From contig NZCT01000024.1 in assembly GCA_002688355.1 (NCBI GenBank), forward strand, positions 111,762 through 175,761: a DNA stretch of 64,000 nt, in the 5' to 3' direction. The position numbers and the translations under genes are program-made. The notes beneath the pieces were generated by a model. The model did no database searches. It worked only from the letters and a program-made list of their open reading frames with translations, and had not been told where the DNA came from. This document shows positions 36,391-46,575 of the stretch, piece by piece (position 1 is the first letter of the stretch; the number at the start of each line of letters is the position of its first letter). The DNA is from an archaeon (GTDB lineage: Archaea; Nanobdellota; Nanobdellia; SCGC-AAA011-G17; GW2011-AR20).

Positions 36391-37149
36391 ATGGAAATGT
36401 TTAAAAGTTTATTCCATAAATGTCTACAAATGGTAGAGTCAATTAAAAAACTAAGAGAAATTTGCCAAAAACCTGTAACTTTTAATTCATTTTATCAAAG
36501 AATAATGGCAAGAAGATTTTCCATTTACTTAGTATGGTTATTAATTCCTTTCAAAGTTTCTGGCAATCTAGCATCTTTCTTAATGTTATTAACTGGAATA
36601 ACTGCATCAATATTTTTTACAGTCGGAAGTTACTGGTTTTACGTTATCGGAACTTTACTTTTACAGTTATGGTTTGTCCTAGATCACGCAGATGGTGAAT
36701 TAGCACGTTACTGGAAAAAAGCATCTACAAAAGGTATTTTCATCGATAAACTAACTCACCATATTGTCCATCCATTAATTTTCTTAGGATTAAGTATTGG
36801 ATTATACAAACAATTTAACAATCCTATAATGTTAATCTTAGGTGCCTTTACAGCATATTTTCTATTACTTCAAGATCTAATAAACATAGATAAAGTTGAA
36901 GCCATTAGAATAGCTTCTAAAATTAAAACTAAAAATAACAAAGAAGAAAAATTAACTCTAAAAAATTCTTTATTTACAAAAGTTACTTCTGTAGTTTACA
37001 AAATACCAGGTTTAATGAACATAGTAACAATTTCAGCTATTTTAAACATATTACACTTTACATTTTTCTTTTATGCAGTAACATTTCCAATAATGATATT
37101 ACTAAAATTAATTTACAATTTAAAAATTCCAGAGGAACAATTTAAATGA
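36391..37149 (+). CDS. CDP-alcohol phosphatidyltransferase-family membrane protein
   Basis: FVLDHADGELARYWKKASTKGIFIDKLTHH approximates D-G-x2-A-R...G-x3-D. It has several TM helices and is divergently oriented from ppd with a 12-bp gap. Confidence 0.5.
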   Translation: MEMFKSLFHKCLQMVESIKKLREICQKPVTFNSFYQRIMARRFSIYLVWLLIPFKVSGNLASFLMLLTGITASIFFTVGSYWFYVIGTLLLQLWFVLDHADGELARYWKKASTKGIFIDKLTHHIVHPLIFLGLSIGLYKQFNNPIMLILGAFTAYFLLLQDLINIDKVEAIRIASKIKTKNNKEEKLTLKNSLFTKVTSVVYKIPGLMNIVTISAILNILHFTFFFYAVTFPIMILLKLIYNLKIPEEQFK

Positions 37150-37658
37150 AAACCTTAGATTTAGGTTGTGGACATCATAAAGTAAAAGGAGCATTTGGTG
37201 TAGATTTTATTAAATTACCAGGAGTTGATTTTGTCTGGGATTTGAACAAAACATTACCAAAAGAATTTCATAATGAATACGATGTAGTTTACTCAAATGG
37301 TGTAATTGATCATCTTGGAAATCCTCTAAATTTTTTAGAAGGATGTAAAAAATACCTAAAGAAAGATGGGAAACTAATAACTATTGTCGATAACGGAGAT
37401 TATTGGAGATATCACTTACATCTAGGAAATTATCACGCGGACTTGTGGGAAAAAGATTTTCCAGATCATCCTGAAACACATCATAAAATGTTATTTCAAA
37501 TGAAACACATAGAAAAAATATTAAAATTATTAGATTTTAAAGTAACAAATAAAAAATACATAAGACTAACAGGAACTTGGAAAGATTATCATATAGATTA
37601 TTTATTGCCAAAATTTATTGGCTGTAATTTCATGAAAATAGAAGCTATAAAAAATTAA
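37146..37658 (+). CDS. Putative SAM-dependent methyltransferase
   Basis: MKTLDLGCGHHKVKGAFGVD (motif I, LDLGCG). Confidence 0.45.
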   Translation: MKTLDLGCGHHKVKGAFGVDFIKLPGVDFVWDLNKTLPKEFHNEYDVVYSNGVIDHLGNPLNFLEGCKKYLKKDGKLITIVDNGDYWRYHLHLGNYHADLWEKDFPDHPETHHKMLFQMKHIEKILKLLDFKVTNKKYIRLTGTWKDYHIDYLLPKFIGCNFMKIEAIKN

Positions 37659-38626
37659 AATTTTTGCTTGCCTGAAAAAAATCCTTTCCAAAAACCAAAT
37701 ATTGTTATTATATCCTTAAAAAATTTAAAAAAAGGAACTAAAATTATTCTAACATCCTTAACATGTTTGTAAACACTAAAAGTATATTTTCCAATTAAAA
37801 TTAAAATAAGAATTATAGCTATAATATCAAAAACAGGAACAAACAGTGCTAAATATAAAAAAGTTGAAGTTATAGGATTCCAATATTTACTAGAAAAACT
37901 TTTCTCCCCATATCTTGCAAAATTAACACCAGAAGCCTCCGCTAATGGTAATGCTTTATCAAATAACTGTTTCTTCAAGGATAAATTATAAAACCCGTGT
38001 AAATGTAATAAACTAACTTTTGCAGTTTTTATTTTGTATTTTCTTTCCTTAATCTTCCACATTAAATCAGTATCCTCTCCAGCAATTCTAAAAGTTTTAT
38101 AATCATATAATCCTACTTTAAGCAATAATTTTTTATTAAATAAAGTTGGTCTTCCTTCTTTCTGTTCATCTTTTAGACTAACTTCATAATCTTTTACCAA
38201 AACAACTTTACTCCAAAAATCAAACTTATTCCAGTAATTTTTAGGTATAACTAATTTTGAAGCTACAACCCCAATTTTCTTCGAAGAATTATATGTTTTA
38301 ACTATTTCATTAAGCCAATTATTATCAGCAAGAACACAATCACACCATATTATACATAATAACTTATATTTAGAAATTTTAATAGCTTTATTCAAAGATC
38401 TAGCTAAACCAATATTTTTCTTATTTTTAATTAATTTAATATTTTTATATTTAGAGATTGTTCTAACACTATTATCCTTAGATTTATCATCTACAACAAT
38501 TATCTCAACTTCTCCATTATATTTTTGATTTTGAATAGATTCTATGGCTTTGCCTATAGTATTCTTTGCATTATAATTTGGAATTATAAAAGATACATTT
38601 TCCATAGAATTCCACTTAAAGAACAA
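37655..38626 (-). CDS. Glycosyltransferase family 2 with C-terminal TM helices
   Basis: VSFIIPNYNAKNTIGKAIESIQNQKY...EIIVVDDKSKDNS (GT-A), with a hydrophobic C-terminal region. Confidence 0.7.
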   Translation of the reverse strand: MFFKWNSMENVSFIIPNYNAKNTIGKAIESIQNQKYNGEVEIIVVDDKSKDNSVRTISKYKNIKLIKNKKNIGLARSLNKAIKISKYKLLCIIWCDCVLADNNWLNEIVKTYNSSKKIGVVASKLVIPKNYWNKFDFWSKVVLVKDYEVSLKDEQKEGRPTLFNKKLLLKVGLYDYKTFRIAGEDTDLMWKIKERKYKIKTAKVSLLHLHGFYNLSLKKQLFDKALPLAEASGVNFARYGEKSFSSKYWNPITSTFLYLALFVPVFDIIAIILILILIGKYTFSVYKHVKDVRIILVPFFKFFKDIITIFGFWKGFFSGKQKF

Positions 38627-38655
38627 TTCTTAAGTTTTTCTAAATAGAATTTTAT

Positions 38656-40218
38656 ATGGTAAAAATAGGGTTAATAAAGAACGAATATGGATGGAAAAGA
38701 ATATTAGAACAGGAAAAAACACCTTGGGAAATCGCTAATTTAGCTAAAATTAATGAATACCCATTCTTAATATTAAATTCCACAAAAACATCAAATACAG
38801 AAAAAAAACAAATTAAAAACTATATAAAAGATGGAGGAATTATTTTAACAGATTTATCCTCTTTAAATACAATATACAAAAGTAAAAAAATATCAAAAGT
38901 TTACATAAAATCAATTAAAGAAAACAATAATTTATTTAAGAATATTCAAAAAATAAACATAGAAAATTATGGCTATAAATTAAAGAATAAAGAAGTAAAA
39001 ATACATAAATTCAAAATTGGCAAAGGGTTAATCATAGCTCTTCCATTCAATTTAAATTCCTTAATGAAAGATAGTAGATCAAAAAGACAATATCTTCCAT
39101 CTCCACATTCTGCATTAAAAGAAAACATTTCAATAGTTTCAAAAGGAGATTTAAGAAGATTAATCATAAATTGTTTCCACTACATATATTCAATTAAAAA
39201 AACTCCATATGTTCATTTATGGTATTATCCAAATAATTATAATTCAGTATTTACGTACAGAATAGATTTAGATATATTTAACAAAAATGAAATTAATAAT
39301 ATAATAAATGTAATAAAAAACAACAATAAAATAAAGTTAAATTGGTTTATTTCTGTTATAAATTCTAAAAATCATGAAAAAGGAATATTAAAACTACATA
39401 ATTTAAATCAAGATATACAATCTCATTCTTATAAACATTTAGTCTTTAATTCTCTAAAAGAAAATTACAAAAATATCCTAGAATCAAACAGATTCATTTC
39501 AAAATTTAAAGAAAAACCAATTGGATTTGCAGCACCCTTTGGACATTGGAATGAACCTCTAAATGAAGCATTAAAAAAATTAAATTACAAATATAGTTCA
39601 GAATTTTCTTTAAGTTATGATGACTTACCTTTTTATCCCTCTTCAAAAAATAACAAATCAAAAATATTACAACTCCCAATATATCCAACTTGCGTTGGTT
39701 TACTAGAAATGCAACTATACACAAAAAATAAGATGAAATCCTATTTTGATTATTTAATAGATATGCAGTATAGAAAACAAATGCCTTTATTTTTATATGA
39801 TCATCCAAACAATGGAATAGGTAAACATCCTAAAATTTTAGAACATATCTTAAAAAAAATAAAATCTTTAAATAACGTATTAATTACTGATTATCTCCAA
39901 TTTTACAATTGGTGGGAAAAAAGAGAAAAGATAAAGTATAGCATTTCATTATCAAAAAACAATTTAAAAATAATTACGAATAATAAAGATAAAGATATTT
40001 ACATAAGAATAATTCTCCCTAATAACAAAGAAGCTAGAATAATTCTAGAAAATAAAACTATAAAACTAAAAGAAATTAAAATAAAAGAAATTCCAATATT
40101 CAAAGATAATAAAATAACGAATATTAATATTCTAAAATCAAAATTATTATTTTCAGTCTATTACTTAAAAATACTAATAAAAGCACTAAAGAGAAAATTT
40201 TTATCTAAAATTTTATAA
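38656..40218 (+). CDS. Hypothetical lysine-rich protein, possible polysaccharide-deacetylase-like (CE4) domain
   Basis: Weak NodB-like features (TYRIDLD..., SHSYKHL HSxxH-like motif, FAAPFGHWN). Assignment is uncertain. Confidence 0.25.
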   Translation: MVKIGLIKNEYGWKRILEQEKTPWEIANLAKINEYPFLILNSTKTSNTEKKQIKNYIKDGGIILTDLSSLNTIYKSKKISKVYIKSIKENNNLFKNIQKINIENYGYKLKNKEVKIHKFKIGKGLIIALPFNLNSLMKDSRSKRQYLPSPHSALKENISIVSKGDLRRLIINCFHYIYSIKKTPYVHLWYYPNNYNSVFTYRIDLDIFNKNEINNIINVIKNNNKIKLNWFISVINSKNHEKGILKLHNLNQDIQSHSYKHLVFNSLKENYKNILESNRFISKFKEKPIGFAAPFGHWNEPLNEALKKLNYKYSSEFSLSYDDLPFYPSSKNNKSKILQLPIYPTCVGLLEMQLYTKNKMKSYFDYLIDMQYRKQMPLFLYDHPNNGIGKHPKILEHILKKIKSLNNVLITDYLQFYNWWEKREKIKYSISLSKNNLKIITNNKDKDIYIRIILPNNKEARIILENKTIKLKEIKIKEIPIFKDNKITNINILKSKLLFSVYYLKILIKALKRKFLSKIL

Positions 40219-40240
40219 ACCCTTCCAATTTGTAAATCAT

Positions 40241-41254
40241 ATGATCCTAGAGCAAAATTTTAAAGATTTTTACAAAGGTAAAGATGTAATAGTAACAGGT
40301 GGTTGTGGTTCAATAGGTAGAGAACTAGTAAAGCATCTTCTTAAATGTGACATTAAAAAAGTAAGAATTTTTGATCAAAACGAATTTAGCATACACAAAC
40401 TAAAAACTGAACTAGGGGAAAGCGAAAAAATAGATTATATAATAGGCAATATCAGAGATTATGACAGTATAAGATCATCTATGAAAGGTGCAAATATAGC
40501 ATTTCACACAGCAGCATTAAAACATGTTCCATTTTGTGAAACAGACCCTATAGAAGCTGTGAAAACAAACATAATTGGAACACATAATTTGATTGAAGTT
40601 GCAAAAGAAGAAAATCTAGAAAAAGTAATATTCATAAGTACAGACAAAACAGTATACCCCATCTCAGTAATGCCTGCAACTAAACTTTTATGTGAAAAAT
40701 TAGTGTTAAACACAAGAACATTTGATCTACCAACAAAATTTACTTGCGTCAGATTTGGGAATGTCCTAAAATCAGATGGTTCTGTTATTCCTTTATTTGT
40801 TGATCAAATAAAAAAAGGTTATATAAATATAACAGATGATAGGATGAGTAGATTTTTTATGTCATTAGATGATTCTGCAGATCTTGTTTTAAAATCAGCT
40901 GTAGAAGCACAAGGTGGAGAAATATTTGTATTAAAAATGAAATCACTAATGATAAAAGATTTAGCAGAATCACTAATAGAAGAATTTACACCCAAAATAA
41001 ATAAAAGTCCTGAAGATATAAAAATAAATTATATTGGTGCTCGATCTTCTGAAAAATTATATGAACAACTTATGAGCGATGAGGAAGTTCCTTATGCTGA
41101 AGATTTAGGAGATAGATTTGTAATTAGGAAAAATGGCCAATATAATAAAGATAGTAAAATAGACAAAAGTCTTTTCATATCTGAATATAGTGAAAAACTT
41201 TCTAAAGATGAAATAAAAAAGATGTTTTCAGAAATTAATTTATTAGAAAATTAA
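40241..41254 (+). CDS. Polysaccharide biosynthesis CapD/PglF/PseB-like UDP-sugar 4,6-dehydratase (Polysacc_synt_2)
   Basis: KDVIVTGGCGSIGRELVKHLL and MPATKLLCEKL. The Met-for-Tyr replacement in the SDR YxxxK position matches what is described for PglF-type dehydratases. Confidence 0.6.
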   Translation: MILEQNFKDFYKGKDVIVTGGCGSIGRELVKHLLKCDIKKVRIFDQNEFSIHKLKTELGESEKIDYIIGNIRDYDSIRSSMKGANIAFHTAALKHVPFCETDPIEAVKTNIIGTHNLIEVAKEENLEKVIFISTDKTVYPISVMPATKLLCEKLVLNTRTFDLPTKFTCVRFGNVLKSDGSVIPLFVDQIKKGYINITDDRMSRFFMSLDDSADLVLKSAVEAQGGEIFVLKMKSLMIKDLAESLIEEFTPKINKSPEDIKINYIGARSSEKLYEQLMSDEEVPYAEDLGDRFVIRKNGQYNKDSKIDKSLFISEYSEKLSKDEIKKMFSEINLLEN

Positions 41255-42303
41255 TTTAAAAGATCTTTATAACATTTAATCATTCTATCTGTAGCAACTT
41301 CCCATGTAAAATTATTCAAGATGTGTTCTCTCAATTTATTATCTTTATCTTTCTCATATGCTAGTACAAGTTTCTTTTCAATATCTTTATCATCAAAAGG
41401 ATCAACATAATGAGCATAATTTTCAAAGTATTCTTTTGGGCTACCTCTTGAAGTAATTAATATATTAGCTCCAGCCAAACCACCTTCTAAAACAGATAAT
41501 CCTGGATTCTCTAACCAAGAAGGTAAAGCAACCATTTTAGCTGCCGCGTACGCAGAACCAAGCATAGTGCTATCATGATCAAACCTATCCAAGAAAATTA
41601 TATCTTTATTATCTCCTGCTTCTTTAACACATAATTTATAATATTCATCTCCCTCTTGATAATTTTTACCTCCAACAATAACTAATGGGTACTTTAACTT
41701 ATTAACAATTTTAATTAATTTATGAACATTTTTTCTTGGTTCTATCCTTCCAGTATACAAAATAAAATCTTTTAATCCATATTTCTCTACAAATTCTTTT
41801 GAATCAGAATCATAAAATCTTCTATCTATAGCATAAGGAATTACCCTATATTTATCTTTATTTAATTTATAAGAATTATCTATAACATCTCTTTCAGCCT
41901 TTGAATCTGTAATTATTCTATCAGCCATATTTAACATTTTAGAAGCATATGTAAATCTATTAAAAAAAGGAGTATTATGCGTTAAAGCGTAACCACCCAA
42001 TTTTACTTTGTCTTTAAAGTTAGTTCCACTCTTAAAAGCAAATTTCAAAGATGGCCAAGAATATATTGGTGTAATTGCTATAGGAACTTTTTTATTATGT
42101 GCAACATTTATCACATCATAACAATTATTTGATAATCCAAAATTATGTAATATATCAAAATCTTCTAATTTATCATTCCACTGATCAAATAATTTTACAT
42201 CAATTCCTTTCTTTAACAAAAATTCCTTAGTTTTACTTAACAAAATCTCCCCCCCACCAGGAGCTTGAAATCCACTATTATTAGAATTAAGTAAAATTTT
42301 CAT
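41251..42303 (-). CDS. Glycosyltransferase family 4
   Basis: C-terminal GT-B motifs TGRIEPRKNVHKLIKIVNKL and ALPSWLENPGLSVLEG. Confidence 0.65.
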   Translation of the reverse strand: MKILLNSNNSGFQAPGGGEILLSKTKEFLLKKGIDVKLFDQWNDKLEDFDILHNFGLSNNCYDVINVAHNKKVPIAITPIYSWPSLKFAFKSGTNFKDKVKLGGYALTHNTPFFNRFTYASKMLNMADRIITDSKAERDVIDNSYKLNKDKYRVIPYAIDRRFYDSDSKEFVEKYGLKDFILYTGRIEPRKNVHKLIKIVNKLKYPLVIVGGKNYQEGDEYYKLCVKEAGDNKDIIFLDRFDHDSTMLGSAYAAAKMVALPSWLENPGLSVLEGGLAGANILITSRGSPKEYFENYAHYVDPFDDKDIEKKLVLAYEKDKDNKLREHILNNFTWEVATDRMIKCYKDLLN

Positions 42304-42304
42304 C

Positions 42305-43384
42305 TTAATATATATTTTTCAATGTGTCTAAAATCTTTACAGCCGATTTACCATCTCCAAAAGGATTTTCCCAATTAGTATCTCTACCCATCATAGTTTC
42401 AACAGATTCTAAAATTTTATCAGGATTTAAACCAGCTACAATATTGCTTCCCACATTTACTGTTTCAGGTCTTTCAGTAGTTAATCTCATAGTAACACAA
42501 GGAATTTTTAATATACAAGCCTCTTCTTGTATTCCACCAGAATCTGTAATCATAAGTCTAGCATTAGTTTCTAATTGTAAGAATTCTAAAAATCCGACAG
42601 GCTCTATAATTTTAATACATTCAGGGATTTTCAAATTAAAAGTATTAATCATTTTCTTAGTTCTAGGATGTAACGGCCATACAATCGGAAGCTTATATTT
42701 TTGATAAACCATATCCATTGCTTTCAAAATATTACTTAAAGTTTCTTTATCATCTACATTTTCTCCCCTATGTGCTGTTACTAAAAAATATTTTTTCGCT
42801 TCTAAATTTAATTTTTCTAAAAGACTTTTATCTTTATTAGCAATTTCCATGTTTTGATAAACAGAATCAACAATTGTATTTCCAACAACATGAATTCTTT
42901 CTTCATTAGTTCCTTCATCAAGTAAGTTTTGCTTAGCCCCCACAGTAGGAGCAAAATGATAATCGGCTAGCTGTCCTATCGCAATTCTATTTGTTTCTTC
43001 TAACATTCTTAAATCATCACTTCTTAAACCTGCTTCAATATGACTTATATCTATACTAGCTTTTGCAGCAGCCAATGCACCAGCAAATGCACTAGTTGGG
43101 TCTGCAAAAACTATCATGTTATCTGGTTTTTCTTTTTGTAAAACATCAAAAGCTCTTTTACTCATAAAACTAATCTGTTTCTTAAAAGAATCATACCCAC
43201 ATTCAAGATTATACTTAGGAGGATTCAAATTTAGCTCCTCAAAAAACAATTTATCCATATCATATGAATAATGCTGATTAGTATGTATAACAAAATGATC
43301 AATATTTCTATTTACCAACTCTCTAAATACAGGCGCAAGCTTAATAATTTCAGGCCTTACTCCAAGAATGACACCAATCTTCAT
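42305..43384 (-). CDS. wecB: UDP-N-acetylglucosamine 2-epimerase (non-hydrolysing, WecB/WbpI-like)
   Basis: MKIGVILGVRPEIIKLAPVFREL, HIEAGLRS, HVVGNTIVDSV and ITDSGGIQEEA are classic WecB-family motifs. Confidence 0.8.
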   Translation of the reverse strand: MKIGVILGVRPEIIKLAPVFRELVNRNIDHFVIHTNQHYSYDMDKLFFEELNLNPPKYNLECGYDSFKKQISFMSKRAFDVLQKEKPDNMIVFADPTSAFAGALAAAKASIDISHIEAGLRSDDLRMLEETNRIAIGQLADYHFAPTVGAKQNLLDEGTNEERIHVVGNTIVDSVYQNMEIANKDKSLLEKLNLEAKKYFLVTAHRGENVDDKETLSNILKAMDMVYQKYKLPIVWPLHPRTKKMINTFNLKIPECIKIIEPVGFLEFLQLETNARLMITDSGGIQEEACILKIPCVTMRLTTERPETVNVGSNIVAGLNPDKILESVETMMGRDTNWENPFGDGKSAVKILDTLKNIY

Positions 43385-43414
43385 AAGATTTAGGTTTCAA
43401 AAAATTATATAAAT

Positions 43415-44389
43415 CTATTGCTGGCTTTTATAGTATTCAACAGTTCTTCTTAACCCTTCTTCTAAAGAAATTTTTGGTTCCCATCCTAACAAATTTTTAG
43501 ATTTAGAAATATCTAATCTTTGTTTAACAATACTATCTCCTGGCCTTAATTCTGAAAAAATCAAATTAGATTGACTATTTGTAAGATTTTTAATAGTCTC
43601 CGCTAATTCCTTGATACTTGAGCTAGTACCGGAACCAAAATTAAAGCTTTCTCCAAAAACATTTTCAGATTTACCAAGTGCCAACAATCCTCCAATAATA
43701 TCATCAATATAAATAAAATCTTTCCCTTGTAATCCTCCACCATCTAATTTTAAATCTTCATTTTTTAAAGCACGTTCAGTAAAAATATGAACAACATTGT
43801 TCCCTTGTCTTGGCCCATATACATTAAAGAGTCTAACTACCACCACAGGTACTTCATAATTAAGAGAATATGATCTACAAAAGATTTCAGAGGATACTTT
43901 ACTATCAGCGTAAGGATTTCTTGGGTCAGGAAAGTCACTTTCTTTCGCTACTTCTTTTTTACCATAAACTTCCGAGGTAGAAGGAAATACTAATATCTCA
44001 AAATCAGAGTCTTCCTTATCTTTAATCAGTCTAATAGACTCTAAAACATTGATAGTTCCCATAAAATTAATATTAAGAACTTCTAAAGGGTTTTTAATAG
44101 AATATCCAACATTATTATTAGCAGCTAAATGATATATTATTTGGGGTTTATTTTTAACAATCAAATCTATTGTCTCTTTATCAGAAACATCACCAACAAT
44201 AACTTCTTTTAATTTATTTTCAATATGGCCAATATTTTCTAATTTTTCTTTATGAACATAAACAGAAACAGAAGCCCCTAAATCTACTAATTTTTCAGTT
44301 AGATGACTTCCTATAAAACCGTCTGCCCCAGTTATTAATACTCTCTTTCCGCTGTAAAATCCATCATCCATATATGCATAGTAAATCAA
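43415..44389 (-). CDS. NAD-dependent sugar epimerase/dehydratase (extended SDR)
   Basis: KRVLITGADGFIGSHLTEKL and YADSK. Confidence 0.75.
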   Translation of the reverse strand: MIYYAYMDDGFYSGKRVLITGADGFIGSHLTEKLVDLGASVSVYVHKEKLENIGHIENKLKEVIVGDVSDKETIDLIVKNKPQIIYHLAANNNVGYSIKNPLEVLNINFMGTINVLESIRLIKDKEDSDFEILVFPSTSEVYGKKEVAKESDFPDPRNPYADSKVSSEIFCRSYSLNYEVPVVVVRLFNVYGPRQGNNVVHIFTERALKNEDLKLDGGGLQGKDFIYIDDIIGGLLALGKSENVFGESFNFGSGTSSSIKELAETIKNLTNSQSNLIFSELRPGDSIVKQRLDISKSKNLLGWEPKISLEEGLRRTVEYYKSQQ

Positions 44390-44422
44390 ATATTTTAAAA
44401 ATGCTATGATTAGCTATTAATT

Positions 44423-45295
44423 ATGAACTTTGCCTATTCCATCTTAAAAATACCTTACCAAGGTTTTAAGAGGATTTACAGAAAATTAAGACTACTAAAG
44501 AATAAAAATTTGTCCAAAGTAAATAAAAATCTTTTAGTAAAAAAATTTAAAGAAATAGGTTTAAAATCAAATATGAATTTATATGTTCATTCTTCATTAA
44601 GTTCTTTTGGTTATATAGAAAATGGTCCAAATACAGTTATTGAAGCTTTAAAAGAAGTTGTAAATAATGGAACAATCATGATGCCAACATTTACACATCC
44701 AAAAGAAATCTTTACGTTAGCTGATTTTTGTTGGACTGGATCCATACCAGAAACATTTAGAAAACAAGAAAATACATCAAGAAGTATTCATCCATTACAT
44801 TCAATTTCCGTACAAGGAAATAATACAAAGTATTTAACGAAAGATCATGAGAACAGCAAAGCATCTTTCGATGAAAATTCTCCTTTCAAAAAATTCATAG
44901 AGTTAGAAAATTCATATATTCTAATGTTGGGAACAGAAAATAATAGCATGATCCATTATATTCAAAATAAGCTCAATTTTCCAAATTTATTCTTATCAGA
45001 AACAAAAAAAACTAATTTTAATAATAGAACAATAGAATCAAAACAACATCATCCAGAATTATCTATAACATACATTTACAAAAACAAAAAATGTTCTGAT
45101 GTAGATTTTCTAGTTAATATGTACAGAGATTTAAAATTTGAAGAAAGAGAAATAATGAAAACAGTAAAAATAGGGAATGCTACTTGTCGTTTAATTGACA
45201 CAAAAGATTTTATAAAATTTGGTACACCCTATTTAGAAAAAAATATGGAAGAATACAAACAAAAATATTCAGAATTAAAAAATGGAACCAACTAA
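44423..45295 (+). CDS. AAC(3)-family (Antibiotic_NAT fold) N-acetyltransferase-like protein
   Basis: LYVHSSLSSFGYIENGPNTVIEALKEVVNNGTIMMPTF resembles the N-terminal signature of aminoglycoside 3-N-acetyltransferase-fold enzymes. In this context it is probably an amino-sugar N-acyltransferase. Confidence 0.45.
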   Translation: MNFAYSILKIPYQGFKRIYRKLRLLKNKNLSKVNKNLLVKKFKEIGLKSNMNLYVHSSLSSFGYIENGPNTVIEALKEVVNNGTIMMPTFTHPKEIFTLADFCWTGSIPETFRKQENTSRSIHPLHSISVQGNNTKYLTKDHENSKASFDENSPFKKFIELENSYILMLGTENNSMIHYIQNKLNFPNLFLSETKKTNFNNRTIESKQHHPELSITYIYKNKKCSDVDFLVNMYRDLKFEEREIMKTVKIGNATCRLIDTKDFIKFGTPYLEKNMEEYKQKYSELKNGTN

Positions 45296-46172
45296 ATCCT
45301 ACCACATTATAGCAGATGGTTACAAAACAATAAGAATTAAATCTTATAATCCAAATACACCGAAGATTTCATCTACAGAAAAAGAATTTCTAAAAAAATT
45401 TATCAAAGAGCAAAGTGAAAAATCAAAGTCTGTAGGAGGTTCTTTCTATGATGGTTCTTTGGTAGGTGCTCTAATTGATTCAATTAAATTGAAGGATAAA
45501 GAAATTAGTTTTGATACACAACAAATAAAATACTCTCAGCATACAGGGTTATACAGAAATTCTCATAGCTCAAAAATTCAAGCAGTATATGTAAACAGTC
45601 TAGTTATAACAGATGATAATATGCTTGTTTTTGGTAAAACTCAAGCTACAGAACATGATTGGATGAATCGTTTAGGAATTCCTGCTGGAGGATTACAAGA
45701 AAGCCCAGATGGTTCACCATCCTTAGGCTCAACAATATACGCAGAACTAGCTGAAGAAATAGGGATTGCACCAGAGCATCACATAAAAAAAGGAGGAATC
45801 ATTCCAGGGTGGATCAGTGGAGCAAGTAAAAGAGAAAAAAATTATCATTTAACAGTATCCTTTATAACATCTTTAAAATTAAGCCAAAAAGAGATGACAT
45901 CTTGGTTTAAACAATGGAAAAACTCAGTAGAAAATAACATAAAATCAATTAAGGTAGAATTTAAAGATTTGGAGTTTATCCCTAATGATTATAATCATTT
46001 AAAAAAATTTATTGTTGAACAAAATAAAATGGGAAACAAATCAGTTATACTCCCAAAAACTTTAGATGTTTTAGAAGAATGGGTAACAACATATAAATGT
46101 GATATAAAAAATTTAGGGAAAAATAAGGGATTATATTTACCACAACCAAAGTTAAAAAATGGAACCAGTTAA
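45282..46172 (+). CDS. Hypothetical protein with Nudix-like box
   Basis: GGLQESPDGSPSLGSTIYAELAEEIGI approximates the Nudix box Gx5Ex7REUxEExGU. Assignment is weak. Confidence 0.3.
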   Translation: MEPTKSYHIIADGYKTIRIKSYNPNTPKISSTEKEFLKKFIKEQSEKSKSVGGSFYDGSLVGALIDSIKLKDKEISFDTQQIKYSQHTGLYRNSHSSKIQAVYVNSLVITDDNMLVFGKTQATEHDWMNRLGIPAGGLQESPDGSPSLGSTIYAELAEEIGIAPEHHIKKGGIIPGWISGASKREKNYHLTVSFITSLKLSQKEMTSWFKQWKNSVENNIKSIKVEFKDLEFIPNDYNHLKKFIVEQNKMGNKSVILPKTLDVLEEWVTTYKCDIKNLGKNKGLYLPQPKLKNGTS

Positions 46173-46575
46173 ATTCTCAGAATTAAAAGAAGGAATGAAA
46201 GGAACTTATTCTAAAAAAATAACTCAAGAAGATGTAGACGCTTTCATAAAAATATGTGATGATGTAAATCCAATACACGTAAGTGAAGAATTCGCAGCTA
46301 AAACACCATTAAAAACAAAAATAGTTCATGGTATTCTAACTTCAAGTTTAATATCAAATGTTGTAGGAACAAAAATTCCAGGCCCGGGTTCAATATGGTT
46401 AGATCAAAATTTAAAATTCTTAAAACCAGTATACATTAACGACGAGATAACAGCAACATCAGAAATACTAGCAAAACTAGATAGACAACAAGTCATGGTA
46501 AGAACAACATGTACAAATCAAGATGGAGAAATAGTCATAGAAGGAACTGGTTTACATAAAATGTTAAATCCTTAA
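46159..46575 (+). CDS. MaoC-like hot-dog fold dehydratase
   Basis: DDVNPIHVSEEFAAKTPLKTKIVHGILTSSLISNVVGTKIPGPGSIWLDQNLKFLKPV shows the MaoC/(R)-hydratase signature. Confidence 0.65.
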   Translation: MEPVKFSELKEGMKGTYSKKITQEDVDAFIKICDDVNPIHVSEEFAAKTPLKTKIVHGILTSSLISNVVGTKIPGPGSIWLDQNLKFLKPVYINDEITATSEILAKLDRQQVMVRTTCTNQDGEIVIEGTGLHKMLNP

